Shown here: piece by piece, positions 40,240 to 53,141 of the stretch
Numbering within the stretch: position 1 is the stretch's first letter
Layout: the number at the start of each line of letters is the position of its first letter
Source: Octopus sinensis
Lineage: Eukaryota
Assembly: GCF_006345805.1 (NCBI RefSeq)
Contig: NC_043002.1
Coordinates: forward strand, 44,950,001-45,014,000
DNA length: 64,000 nucleotides
Direction of reading: 5' to 3'
The notes under the pieces: generated by a model
The model's input: the letters and a program-made list of their open reading frames with translations, nothing else
Told to the model about the DNA's origin: nothing
Databases searched by the model: none
Translations under genes and position numbers: made by a program

Positions 40240-41529
40240 CACAAATAAATGCACACACACATACATATATACATATATATATATGACATCTAATGCTAAT
40301 TCCATCATTTACGCGGTTATTTATTCTCCCTCTATAAAGCAATTTATAGGTTGGTCAGGTATAGCTAATAATAAATCAATATTCTATAATTATATAATTC
40401 TATCGATTTTGTTATATAGATGTTCCAACTGTGTGATATAACCGCACGAAGCATTCAGATGCCTAACTGTAATATGAAATGCAAATTTCGGGGTTTTTTG
40501 TTTTGTTTTGGGTTTTTTTTTACTGCATTCTAACCAACTGCTTTTTTTATTACTGCATTCTAACCAACATTATTAGGAGCATATCACAATTTACGTGCAA
40601 TTTGGCATTCCAATTTTCAATTTATGGAAAAGAACTCTCCCTGGAAAGCGTAATAAGGTTACTGCATCAGTATCGTTTGCAAAATTATTGTTCCATTTGA
40701 CAATAAACCGACATTGTCACTGAGCACGTTATTGTACCTTCGAGCAGAAATTACTTGAATTTTTTTTTCAGTATTTTATGCCTGCTCAGCATGGAACATT
40801 TTGTAAATAGGATGGACAAAGAATTAAATATACAATATATTTGCAGTGACTAATAAATTGATTTTACAAAAGCAAACTCTTTACAATGTAGCTTCATTCT
40901 TTCCTTTCGGCAAAAGCCACACATAAACTTATAGAAAATTTATCACCATTAGTCAAAATATGTCAATGTATACCAATAAGATACAATGTGACTCTCGTAT
41001 ATTATTCTAATTATACTATAGTTTAACTAAGAGCATACATGCACATTATATTTGATATCGTTATGTCCTATCAGCCCCCTAAGTTGATTATGTAGACAAG
41101 ATTGGAGCACTATCAGTTATTCAAAATAATGATCTACTACCATTAAATTATGCTATGCGTGAGAGAAAAAATGTATCTGAATATGTTGAATATGCTGCAA
41201 TCTTACAGGATTCCAGGTTATTAAATACATTTGCATATGTTTAACAATTTAATCTTTCGTTCTTTTGTCCAGTTGCTTCTATAGATATTTAAAACTGTAA
41301 TAAATATGATTCTGTTCTAAATATTTACATTAACTTCAGCGTAGATAGTTTGGAATACAAAAGACAATATTTTAATTCTAAATCATATAGCTAATCTTAT
41401 AGTAAGTGTGCACTTACAAATCACTCACAACCGTGATTGATTCATTAAAAAGTTCGCTTCGTTCCCGGTTCAGTCGTTCTGGGTTCAGTCCCTCTGCACA
41501 GCGTAAAGAAACGCACTCATATACATATT

Positions 41530-41750
41530 CTTTCATTCTTTTACTTGTTTCAGTCATCTGACTGAAGCCATGCTGGAGCATCACCTTAAAGCGTTTTAGG
41601 CAAAGAAATCGATTCCACGACTTATTCTTTGTAAGCCTAGTACTTATTCTATCTGTCTCTTTTGCCGAACCGCTAAGTTACGAGGACATTAACACACCAG
41701 CATCGCTTGTCAAGCGATACCGGGGGACACAAATACAGACACACATACAA
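41530..41750 (-). mobile_element. Family A SINE 3-prime half
   Basis: Matches 3129-3300. Confidence 0.8.
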
Positions 41751-41774
41751 CATATAATACATACATACATACTC

Positions 41775-43355
41775 TCAAGAATTACTGGGTACCTGCTCCC
41801 AGCCATAGTTCAAAGTAACTCCTTTACTGATTGGGTCCAAAGGGTCAAAATAACTTTTGACCCGACTCAATCAGCCACTGGTAATAATTTAACGCATTAA
41901 GGAGCTTGGTGCCACTGCCATCCAAACCCCGGTGAATATTGTCCTCTATCCAGCCTGGTTTTAAATTCGGTGGCAACCCGCAAACCCAAACCCGCGTCAC
42001 TTTTCTCTTACAAAACGTGGGAAGAAATAAAATTTTATTGCCCTCCAAGGGCTAGCTTGCAAAAATGCGAGCCACCTCCGAGGTGTCAAATAGCAACCAA
42101 ATCGTTGCATATCCGACACCCCGTGCAATAAATTTCACATTTAGTAGATAGTCCTTCAGCTCTTCTATTACTTCTTTGGAGAACACGGCGATGGCGCCGA
42201 GAGCCTTCGAATATGTTCTCAACACCACCGTCTTCTCTTGCTGTTTAATCCATTCTTTGGGTGAGATAATCTCCCACTCTAAGACATTCTTTTTCGCCAT
42301 GCATTTTAAAAAAAATTTCTCTTAATAGTTCAACAAAAATTATTAAAAGTAAAGAATTAAAAATAAAATCCGAAAAAAACAGTTAGAAAGAAGACAAGAG
42401 AAAAAACATAAAAAGAGAAAAGATAAGAAGAAATGAAAAAAATAACAGTTCAGCACGACGACAGTTCTTTGCACTGATAGTTCAAATCTCGGCAACAGCT
42501 TCTTCAAAAAATTAAATTCCGGCCTACCGGTTCTCCTGGCCTTTGTAGTTTCCAAAAAAGGTATTCCAGTTGAGTCGGGGACACAGCAGCAGGAACAAAA
42601 TTAATTTACCATTAAATGGTAAATACACAACGAAGAAAATTTTGTCTTTCCACAGTAGTAAAAATAATTCCACAGTTTATGGCAATAGAGGATCCGCCCA
42701 CCAAAATAATTCACTTAAAAGTAACAGTGACATTCTTTTTTGCCATGCTGTTTTTTTAAAGCTCTCTTAATAGTTCAACAAAAATTTCAACAAAAAATTA
42801 TGAAAAGTAAAGAGTTAAAAAAAAACTTTAAAAACAGTTGGAAAAAAGACAAAAGCAAAAACATAAAGACAGAAAAGATAAGAAGAAATGAAAAAAAACA
42901 GTTCAGCACGACGACAGTTCTTTGCACTGTTATAGTTCAAATCACTGCAACAGCTTCTTCAACAATTAAATTCCGGCCAGTCGGTAATCCTGGCCCTTGT
43001 AGTTTCCCAGAAAGGTACTCCAGTTGAGTCGGGGACACAGTAGCAGGAATAAAAAATAATTTACCATTAAATAGTAATTACACAATGAAGAAAATTTTTC
43101 ACAGAAGCAAAATATTCCACAGTTTATGGCGGCAGAGGATCTGCCCACCAAAATAATTCACTTAAAAGTGAACAATTTTGCCCAACTGTAGGCAGACCAG
43201 AGTCCAAAATCCAGTGAGGATTTCTTGTTGGTACAAAGAAATAATATAGCAAACAACAAACCCCCACTAGCTTCTTTTTCAATCAATATTTCGCCAGCTG
43301 TACACCAGCGTGGCGACTTCCACAGTGTAAGAACAGTACTGACGCAACCGGAAGC
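41775..43355 (-). mobile_element. Tx1/L1-like LINE 5-prime remnant: 5-prime UTR with tandem monomers plus ORF1 start
   Basis: ORFs 42052-42300 and 41845-42048 are one frame split by a single TAG (MAKKNVLEW...KVTRVWVCGLPPNLKPGWI, ORF1/RRM-like); two ~445-bp upstream repeats. Confidence 0.6.
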
Positions 43356-43394
43356 GGAAGCAAGCTTCTTACCACACATATATGTCTGCGCCTA
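43356..43394 (-). mobile_element. Family A SINE head
   Basis: Minus TAGGCGCAGACATATATGTGTGGTAAGAAGCTTGCTTCC. Confidence 0.7.
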
Positions 43395-43463
43395 ATATAT
43401 ATATATATATATATATAAATATCCCTACATATTATTCTCTCTCCACTTTTTCTCCTCTTAATC

Positions 43464-43500
43464 CTTTCTGTCGAAGAGCGTAGGCTCGAAACGTCAAAAA
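43464..43500 (+). ncRNA. Minimal hammerhead motif with A6U variant core
   Basis: TTT-CTGTCGA-A-GAGC(GTAG)GCTC-GAAAC-GTC-AAA. Confidence 0.55.
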
Positions 43501-43628
43501 CTTTGTCATTCCTCCCGAGCGTTAAACTAATACATTTGCTTGACGTAAAATTGAACTACATATATATATATATATACATATACATATACATACATATATG
43601 TGTGTGTGTGGATGGATGGACGGATACA

Positions 43629-43686
<58 letters not shown>

Positions 43687-43723
43687 GGTGGTTACTCGCT
43701 ATTTTAAGCCAAAAGGCACAATA

Positions 43724-44073
43724 CAATCGTCACTAAAGTGACTAAGAATGCAAGTCAGCACTAGCATTGCTAAAAATAAGAATCAAAGCAACACTTAGCC
43801 ACGGGCAGAGCACTGATTCCCATGATGTTTTCTATAAACTGACATGGTGAGTTTGGCTTAACCCTAGGCAACGAAGTAAGTGTCACTAATCAGGTTTAAT
43901 TCTATCAGAAATCATCGATGATCTGACGCTCTCACGTGCTGTAGGGTGGTTGTCTCCCTTTTCAGTCAATAGATAGTGCTTTTCCCGTGGCTAAGAGTTG
44001 TTTCGACTCCTTGACTCTTATTTCTAGTAAATATGGTGCTGACTTACATCCTTATTCACTTTAGTGACGACTG
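43724..44073. mobile_element. MITE with ~95-bp imperfect TIRs
   Basis: CAATCGTCACTAAAGTGACTAAG...TTAGCCACGGG vs inverse CAGTCGTCACTAAAGTGAATAAG...TTAGCCACGGG. Confidence 0.75.
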
Positions 44074-44109
44074 CGTGTCTGTAAATATATATATATATAT
44101 ATAATATAT

Positions 44110-44147
<38 letters not shown>

Positions 44148-44176
44148 ACCATATATATGTATATGCAGCACGGATT

Positions 44177-44226
44177 TTTGTCAGTAAACAGGTCGCGGAT
44201 TTTAGCGACGAAAATATTTTGACAAA
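44177..44226 (+). ncRNA. Candidate hammerhead with swapped G3:C8 core
   Basis: TTTGTCA / GTAAACA / G / GTCGC(GGATTTTA)GCGAC / GAA / AATATT / T / TGACAAA. Confidence 0.5.
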
Positions 44227-44362
44227 TTAAACTTAAATGTTGAAGTGAATCGAACGGCTTTTGTGTGTTTCTTAAATGGCTTATAAACACCTTCCACGCT
44301 GCAATTGTTTTCGTTTCAGCACACGATTTCAGATTAATTACTTGCTATGCGAGTACATCTCC

Positions 44363-44409
<47 letters not shown>

Positions 44410-44714
44410 ATAATATATATATATATAGGAAAGGAAAAATTATAAGGAAGAATGCTAAATTGAAAGTAAATTTTAATAAAAATGGGTGTATGAAAAATTA
44501 AAAAAGAAAAAAATAATAAATCAAACCGGTTTTCATGGCAGGGCAAATTTTCAAGATTTGGAAGGGGAAAAAATTTTTTTTTTAATTGAAGAAGGGGAAA
44601 ACGAAAGTTACAATGTCCTTTCAAAATAATAATAATGAATATATACAAAAATTAATAAATAGGTATACCAATACATTGTAGAGTCTTTATGCTTTTAGAG
44701 TTCAATAATAGTCC

Positions 44715-45312
44715 TTGGAAAAACTTCTCATGGTGTAGGCTGCAATTGCATCTGATGGATCCAAGTCTCCTTTGATTTTCATCGATACTGGCATCAAGGT
44801 CAACAATGAAGTTTATGTGGAAATGTTAGATAAGAAAGTGTTACTCTGGGTCACAGACACTTTTGGTGACTCTTAGAACTCCACTCAAGATGGGGCTCCG
44901 GCCCACACATCCAATTTGACACAGAAGTGGCGCAAATAGCATTTCAGCTGTTTTGGGGACAAGACGATAGGGCCTCCCTCAAATCCAGACATCAATCCCA
45001 TGAACTTTGCTATCTGGTCCATCTTAGAAGATTATGTTTTTGTTCACTCCTATTCAAATGTGTCAAACTTGAAGAAAGCCCTTCTGTCATCATGGGTCAA
45101 GCTGGATGAAGAGGTGGTACAGCACTCATGCAACAAAGTGCCCACTTGTTTGCAGGCTATGGTCAAAGCAAAAGGTGGTAATTTTGAAATGTAAGTACTG
45201 CAATGGATTGGTAATTTACATTAGAACATGCGTGAAAAATTTCATTGTCCTACTTAAGTTTATTTTGAATTATTAAGAAATATCAATGGATAAATCTTTC
45301 TGGGATACCCTG
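44715..45312 (+). mobile_element. maT-like (DD37D) transposon 3-prime half
   Basis: QDGAPAHT...PPSNPDINPMNFAIWSILE; 37 codons between the second D and the third catalytic position (here N); ends GGGATACCCTG-TA. Confidence 0.85.
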
Positions 45313-45330
45313 TACACAAGTGTGTGTGTG

Positions 45331-45400
45331 CGCGTGCCCGCATGTGCGCGTGCTTATATAGACATATAATATACGCGTATATATATATATATATTTATAT

Positions 45401-45483
<83 letters not shown>

Positions 45484-45529
45484 GCGTATATTATATGTCT
45501 ATATAAGCACGCGCACATGCGGGCATGCG
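45331..45529. repeat. Near-perfect palindrome centred on (TA)n
   Basis: 51-bp arms 45331-45381 and 45479-45529 with one mismatch. Confidence 0.9.
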
Positions 45530-47849
45530 GAAAACAAATTCACATACACAAGTAGATAGAGATAGAAGATAGGGACAGAAAATGGTCATGGAAATAAGAA
45601 AAGGAAGAGATGAGGCGTGATGAACTAGCTTAAGGAATATGAATAAGAACTTCTATCTGAGAACAATTTTTCTGACAAAGCTTCGTCCGACTTACTTTTT
45701 CGACCGCTTCACATAACCAGTACAAACTGTAGGTTGTCTCTAAAAGAAATGCATGTGTTGTCTTTTTGCTGTTTTATTTAGTAAACGAAATCACCGATCC
45801 ACAACTTATCGAATTCCATCTACTGTGTTGAAATACAAGGTGTCCTCCATACTGAAGCCTTAATATTCATTTCAATAAATCCAGAAAAGCCAAATTACAT
45901 TATTTGTTGCTAATTATTATTGGTCCCAGTTTTAAAGGCGCCGATTTCATCCACTTATTTCACCCACAAAAATATAACATTGCAAACCCTTATTGAATGA
46001 ACATCTAATGCAATTTACAGTTGTTTTAGCTGTGGAAGGTGTCGCGTAGATTTCACCTCATAATTTATTTGCTGCCATTATATAGCAACGGATATTAACA
46101 GGGATTACAATGAATTCAGTTTCGAAAGAACACCTGAGACCTCCACGCTTATTTCGCCTTAAATACTTTCGCTCTGCCAGCAGGATAGGGACGAAAACTG
46201 ACAGCAGTCATATTGATTACAAAATAAATTTCTATTACATATGTGAAGCTACTTGAGTTACATTAAGAGGTGAAACCATTATTCTGAATATTGTATAATG
46301 TGTATATTGCAAACATGTAGCTATCTTTATGCAAACGCATGCCTTTCATTTATTTGCACATGATTATTTATATTCAAAGTTGCTATAAGTTTCATGACAA
46401 ATTCGACCTCTCGGTTAATTAAGACTTCTGCATAATAGATGAGTAGTGAACACCACAATATTTCATTAAACTCTCGATGACAAGAACGACAAAGGGATTA
46501 CAATTATTTCTCATATCAGTTAATTGCCTACTTGTTGAAAATAAGTTATAGATTTACATTTAAAGCAGCAGTGCATTAATATTGGTTTCTAATTTACTAA
46601 AAATAACACGATTTTAGAGGGATTCCAATGATCATTTACCCAATGGTCCACATACATGTATTAACACATATACAGGTAAGAAAGAGTAAAATTAAAGAAT
46701 ATATTAAAATATCGTTGCAGCCAACGTCTTAGATTACATTCGTAGATCGTTTTAATGGTCGAAATGTCATGAAATTTAATCTCCAAAAACTGTCTCTCTC
46801 TTCTACTTCAATTAATCTATGGTAGATTTTTGTTGCCATTCAAACATTGCTAGAATTCATAAACGAATATTTGTATCTGATAATTTGTCGAGTGTTAGAA
46901 AAAATTGGGTTGATATGGGAAAAGTACAGAAAGTTATATACTAAACCAGTCTCGCTTAATATATTAGTTTACATTTAGTTACGTAGATTAATAGTAGGTA
47001 TTCCGAGAGCCACTAATTCATAAATCAGCGATCCGTAATATTAATCTTATTAACGTTAATCTTATTGGGAGAATTTATATACTTTGTGTTAGCGTTGAAT
47101 CCTTCTTCTCTGTCCACTTTTCAAGTACGGAATGACTTTACAGGTGATATATTGGAAATGTGTTTGCTGATATTATTAGTGATATGTCTACAATATGTAG
47201 GCACGTGTTTGGAGTATTTATTAATGCATAGTTTTTTTTCGTTCGGTCTATCGAATGGAAAGTGGTATGCCTTTGTTTAAATTTAATGTTAAATCTAAAA
47301 TGTTTACTATTTTCAGCATAATATTCATCTTAAATTGTTATATCTTTTTCAACTGTGTTCTCGGCGAGACTGTCAGAGCCATCGTGTATAAAAACTCATC
47401 AAGCTTTTTACCAAGCACTTACTGTCCATCTTATGAGTTTCCATCAACAGTAAGAATCCTTTTCTCTTTGTGATTACTGTAGATTCCACTCTTGGACAAA
47501 GTCTGGATCCTAAGTCTCACTAACAAGCAAAAGCAATCATGAGATCAACAGAACCCATATTTCTCTGACGTTGGCATTTCTTAATCAAGTTCTTCAAAGT
47601 CAGATTTTTTCAGGGCGCAAGTACAGACTACTGTTCCCAAAGGATTTGAAATATGAACTAAAGAAATGGAGCTTCACAAAAGGAGCCTTGATGTTACGAA
47701 TGCTAGGATTTTCTTTGGGGCTTGAAACATCTCATATTATGAACAGAAGGCCAAAAGAGATATTTGTGGACACATTGCACTCATGCCTGATATTGATGCT
47801 CAGCGTAAGACAGGTTTGTTGGTCGTTGTTATTGTACTGAACACTAGAT

Positions 47850-49005
47850 CACAACGTTAGAATATTTTCAGAGAAAGAAAATATTTGAAATCCTAATGGA
47901 ATGAAGAGAAACATCAAACAATCATTCAACCAGACAACAGTATCTCTAATAAGGTATGGAGAAGGAAATTACTGTATGCAGAAAGGACGAGCTGAAGGAC
48001 ATCGACAGGAAATCGAGGAGGCCACCTACAACGTATTGCAGTAGGCATCATCAATCTGTGGACCGGTTGTACTGGAAATAGACAGAAGGAGGAAATGGAT
48101 TAATGAGTGTTGAAGAGGTAATAGAACTAGAGAAGGCAAGTCTAGGTTTCTAGTAGAGAGAAAATGAAGAAACACTCCTTCAGAAAATAATAAGCGAAAG
48201 GGTTGTTTTACCAGAAAATTAGAACCGAAAAAGAAGAAATGAGAAACAGAAAAATAGTAAAATGAGAAAATCAAACTTTGAAAGAAAATAAAGGTTTGCT
48301 CAGAAATAAGAATAACCAGGACAGCTGACTGAAGAAAGAAAGGAGTAATGGCAAAAGAACAAAAACAGGGTACTGAAGAAAGAAACTGGGGAAATGACCT
48401 TGACAGCACAGGAATAGGCTCTACATTAAAATTGGATCAAGAAGAATACATATCAGTAAGACAGACTGCCCAAATGTAGAACGGTTCTGATGGGATCATA
48501 ACTCACATTGTGCCACAATCTCTACAGTTTGTTTAGAATATTAAAAAATGTTTGACACAATAATTTTTATGGAATATCACACTAAAATTTTTAGGCATTT
48601 TGTTTTGCATTCACAGTAAAATGCTATAACCATTTTGTGGTTTTATAAAGCAAGCAAAAGAAAGTGATGAAGTTAGATTACTGTGGGCCTTTCCTCTTCA
48701 AACCGAAAGAATGGAAAACAACAGACCTGATTTTGTAATAGTCAGGGCGAAGCGAAATACCCATTTCACAACAGAGTGAAACGAAATAAAAAGTAAACTG
48801 AAAAAGTACAGCATTACACAGATATGAATTATGAAACCCACAAGTCCTAGAACAGAGAAATTAACAAGGTCTTGATGTTAGTGCAGACTTGAGAACAATG
48901 GAAAATAAATTCGAGAAAAGTCTTGAAATAAAAAACAGATCTTAAACTAGGAGCTGGCTTAGTGCAAAAAACATGTCGATTAGGTTCAGCTAGAAGTATC
49001 ATGAA
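47850..49005 (+). mobile_element. R4/Dong-like RLE non-LTR retrotransposon, 3-prime part
   Basis: VSLIRYGEG, KDELKDIDRKSR, LLWAFPLQTERMENNRPDFVIV, VQKTCRLGSARSIMK. Confidence 0.75.
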
Positions 49006-49019
49006 AGAACAAAAACATG

Positions 49020-50520
49020 TTCACATACAATGTACAGCCATTCTGGTGTTACTTGGTCGGCATTTAATAAGGTGTTGAGTTGCGCAGCTATTCGTACATG
49101 ACATTCACGAAATCTTTTGATCCAGTAGTCTTGAACTCCATCTGGTTCCAGGGCCTTCCATTTGCTCATCTTTTTGCTGATTTCCTTCACTCCCCTAACT
49201 GAAATGACTAATTCTGCCTGTTTTGGACAGACTATTGTTTGTTTCAGTTCTTGCAACCATTCAACATCCTTCTCGTGCTCCTTATCTTTGCTCCAGATGT
49301 CAACCTTTGACATTCACTGTTATCTGGTATCAACTTTTCGTCTGTACACTCTCCATTTATTTCTTTATAGAATCTCTTCTGATATACTCTGAATAACCTA
49401 TTCTGGTGGTAACCTTTCATTCTTTGGTCGTATCTTACCACCTTCGCTTTCTTTGCAACGAGGCGCTGTTTCAGTCCCACCATTACCAGTTTCAGGCTCT
49501 TTCTTTCAATATTATATTTCCTTTTCAGCGCCCTGTATTTTTATTCACCTTTAAGCTCCCTTTCTCTTTTCGGTGTAACATAGAAATTTCCTTCGAGAGC
49601 ATATCTAACCATGCCTGTATTCTTCTTTTCCACCATGGGTTTTTTCTTTTGTCACTCTAATTATATTTCTTTTTCTTGACATCAACACTGACATTTTCTG
49701 CTACAACAATACTTGCTGCCTTGTTCAAATTATTTGTTTCTATGATATTGTTTGCTCTGATGTATTTCAGAATATCATTGACATTTTTCGTTTATTGGTT
49801 CAACTTCCACTGGTCAACATTTTTATGGTTGAAAAAATGTCGCAGTCGTTCTCCTGTAGTCTTGTCTTTATTCTGTCGTAGATTGCCTTTTGTTCATCTG
49901 TCATATCGCCATTAGTTTTATTGTCTTCTTTTAGATTATCTATATTCTCTCATCAAGTAAACTACCACTGCTCCTTTCCTGTACTATGAGATTACTTTTA
50001 TTAGTAAGAACGCTATTTTCATCGTTATCTCTGCTACTATTTTCCAAGACACGTCTTTTGATAGCTTCGAGCTCTACTTCTGTGGACCAACGATTTTTTC
50101 TTATTGCTGTAGCTTGATCACATAGTCTATGTTCCATGAATTAAAAGAATCCCTTTTCCCTCCAATGATCATACATACGTTGTCGGTAACCCCTAAATTG
50201 AGTACCATTTTCATCTACCGATTTACTCATGTAGTAACAGTACTAATTTGCTTGCTCCATCTGCGCCGTGTGTGGTGGTTCCTTTCTGGATATCGATAGG
50301 CTGGAACCGGACCAGAATAGCTGAGTCTACCGGGTGCAACACTGTCACCATCAATGGCTTCAGTTTCATTACCACCGTTATTCACAATATTTGGTTTATT
50401 ATTCATTGTCACTCATATGAGGTAGCGATTAACAGGTTGCGCAATTACCAATGTTTTTATTGTGACACCATCACTAGATGTATCATTAATCAGGACATGG
50501 GGAGACTCCACCCGCTCCTT
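49020..50520 (-). mobile_element. R4/Dong-like element, 5-prime part
   Basis: RRRWSKQI, RLCDQATAIRKNRW, LKQRLVAKKAKVVRYDQR..QNRLF, KWKALEPDGVQDYWIKRF, TPEWL; 5-prime end abuts (TAA)n. Confidence 0.8.
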
Positions 50521-51517
50521 TCGTTATTATTATTATTATCATCACTGATATCACCGGTATTATCGTTTGGGCCTCAGATTCCTGTGCTATCAGAATAGTA
50601 GTAGTTATAGTATTTATAGTATTAGCAGCTGCAGCATATTATCATTATTTTAATTTTTTTCATTATCACCATCACCACCGCTACCACTGTTATTATCATT
50701 ATTACTATTTCCATTTATTATTTAAAGATTTTGTTAAATGTTCTTTATTTTCAACTTTTGTCTTGTATCTAAGATAATCATAAATATGTGGTTGTTGAAA
50801 GAAATAGTTGTTGGGGGAAGTAGGAGCTTGGTGAATAGATCAAATTTTACAGGTCTATAAATAGATTCGACAGTTGGTTGGCAGGTCAGCCACAGAGACA
50901 AAAGAATCTTAGCCCCCTTTGGGTCAGCAGAGGTCAAATGTCTTTACTACTACCAGCGAGTACTGACCTTGTCCTTGAGAAGAAGTAATTCAACCTGTTC
51001 TATTTGTAATTACTGGTACAGAAAACAACATATATATATATATATATACTGATATTCACGTCGTTGAAGTTTTGAATTTCTGGATTCAATTGCGTTGTTG
51101 CAATAAAGGTTATGTTTACATATTTGGGTAGTCAGGGATAAGTTTCATACAAAATTTATTATATTAAAGCTTTTAAGTTTTCTTGAGATGTTGGTTTGTC
51201 TATCCAGTTAGAGAATACAGTAGAGTTTTTGCAATGAAAGGAATTTTTACATTTTCGAACACTCAGGGAGAAAGGAAAGGATGGGTATTCACAGAAGCTC
51301 TAGATATTAAAGTTTTCTTTTTCAACTGATCGTTTGTGCGTTTGAAAGCTGCAGGTGTGTAAATTCATAACCTATTTCAAGGGAGATTGAAAATATTCAT
51401 AGGAAATTGCAGATATTCCAGTCTTTGGGAATAGTAGGAATTTCTGAAGTTCGTTTTCTTTTGGATCTTTTCTCTTCTTTTCAAACGTTTTGCTGTGGTT
51501 TATTATTATTGTTGTTA

Positions 51518-51520
<3 letters not shown>

Positions 51521-51578
<58 letters not shown>
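51521..51578. repeat. (ATT)n microsatellite
   Basis: Direct reading. Confidence 0.95.
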
Positions 51579-51579
<1 letters not shown>

Positions 51580-51699
51580 ACTACGCTAATTACTATTAAA
51601 TTACTCATATTAGTACTACCTTTGCTTATTTTATCAATATCTTACTTTTTAATATTATTAAAATGAATAATGGCTTCGCACAATTGTTATGTAATACGC

Positions 51700-51940
51700 C
51701 CTGCAGAATTTCTTCCGGCTCTTTACATCTTGAGATGAATTATCATTTTCTCCCACTTGGTGGGTAAAATGTAGTAGCAGTCAAATACTGGGGTCGATTT
51801 GGACCAAAAAGAGCAAGGGAATAAGTACCAGGCTTTAAAAAATGAGTACGAGGATCGATTCATTCAATTAAAATCTTCCACGGTGGTGCCCAAGCATGGC
51901 TGCAATCCAATGTCCGAAACAAATAAAGGATAAAAGATAT
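51700..51940 (+). mobile_element. SINE 3-prime fragment
   Basis: AATAAGTACCAGGC...GGTGGTGCCCAAGCATGGCTGCA...GAAACAAATAAAGGATAAAAG, similar to the family A tail. Confidence 0.65.
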
Positions 51941-52133
51941 CTTCCGGCTAGATCAATACGTTAACAACCACGTTATTCATATACAGATACAATTGTATAT
52001 AAGTCCATCAGGATATATGTAGAAGTGTATGTTGTCTCTTTATTTCAATGTAACGTCGATAATATTACAGTAAGTGCTAGGAGCGTACCATTGGTTAAAG
52101 CATTATAGCTTTTAGATATATGCTTGTGTATAT

Positions 52134-52207
<74 letters not shown>

Positions 52208-53065
52208 GGATATGAGTATGTATACATTCGATATATTTATATATATATATTATATATATATATATCACTCTAAACATATATACGCACGTACACAAACACA
52301 CACATATATATATTATATGCGTACGTGTCTGTGTATCTGTTTGTGTGTCTGTGTGTAGATATAATATATATATGTGTGTATGTGTATATGCATATATGCA
52401 TATTTATATATGTTTATTTGCATGTGTGGTGTTGTTTTAAAAAAAAAGCAAGCTGGTAAAACAAAATGAGGTTAAAAATGCAATTCTATTGAAATTGACT
52501 GCGTAGAATATTGCTAAAAAGTTGGCAAGATTTTGTTTATAACGATCATAATCATTAATGTAAGAAAAATTGCAAGAAAAAGTTTTGGTAAACCCAGTTA
52601 CTACACTAAATTCGAAAATGAGATGACACGGCACAAGCATCAATTTTGGATACTTCTTCCCACTGGTAGTTGTTAATGAGTTAATGATGATAATAGAAGA
52701 TAGCTATCCTGCCAATAACTTTTATTTCACCACCACTCCTCACGTAGTAGTCAACATCTTTTATGATGAATATGGAACCCATTGCAATATTATAACGCTT
52801 ATTTATTCCCTAAGGAATTGCTCGTCAAATGTCTTTATGTGTACATATTGTACTATGTATGTTTATAAATTATCCTTCTGCGAAAAAGCGGTGGTGTTAC
52901 ACGTTCAATTTTCGAAAATATCCGACAGGTTGCATTATCATTTCATAGAATGTGGAAATCAATAGGAAAATAAATTTCGCATGTCAGAAATTCTAGTTAC
53001 GGTAATTTTTTTCAGGAATGCATTATGCCCGCAACACGGAGTATTCACACACACACACACACACC

Positions 53066-53141
<76 letters not shown>

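Noticed and set aside
46040-46200. Possible terminal exon ATDINRDYNEFSFERTPETSTLISP*
   Set aside because: No supporting exons or homology that I can recognise.
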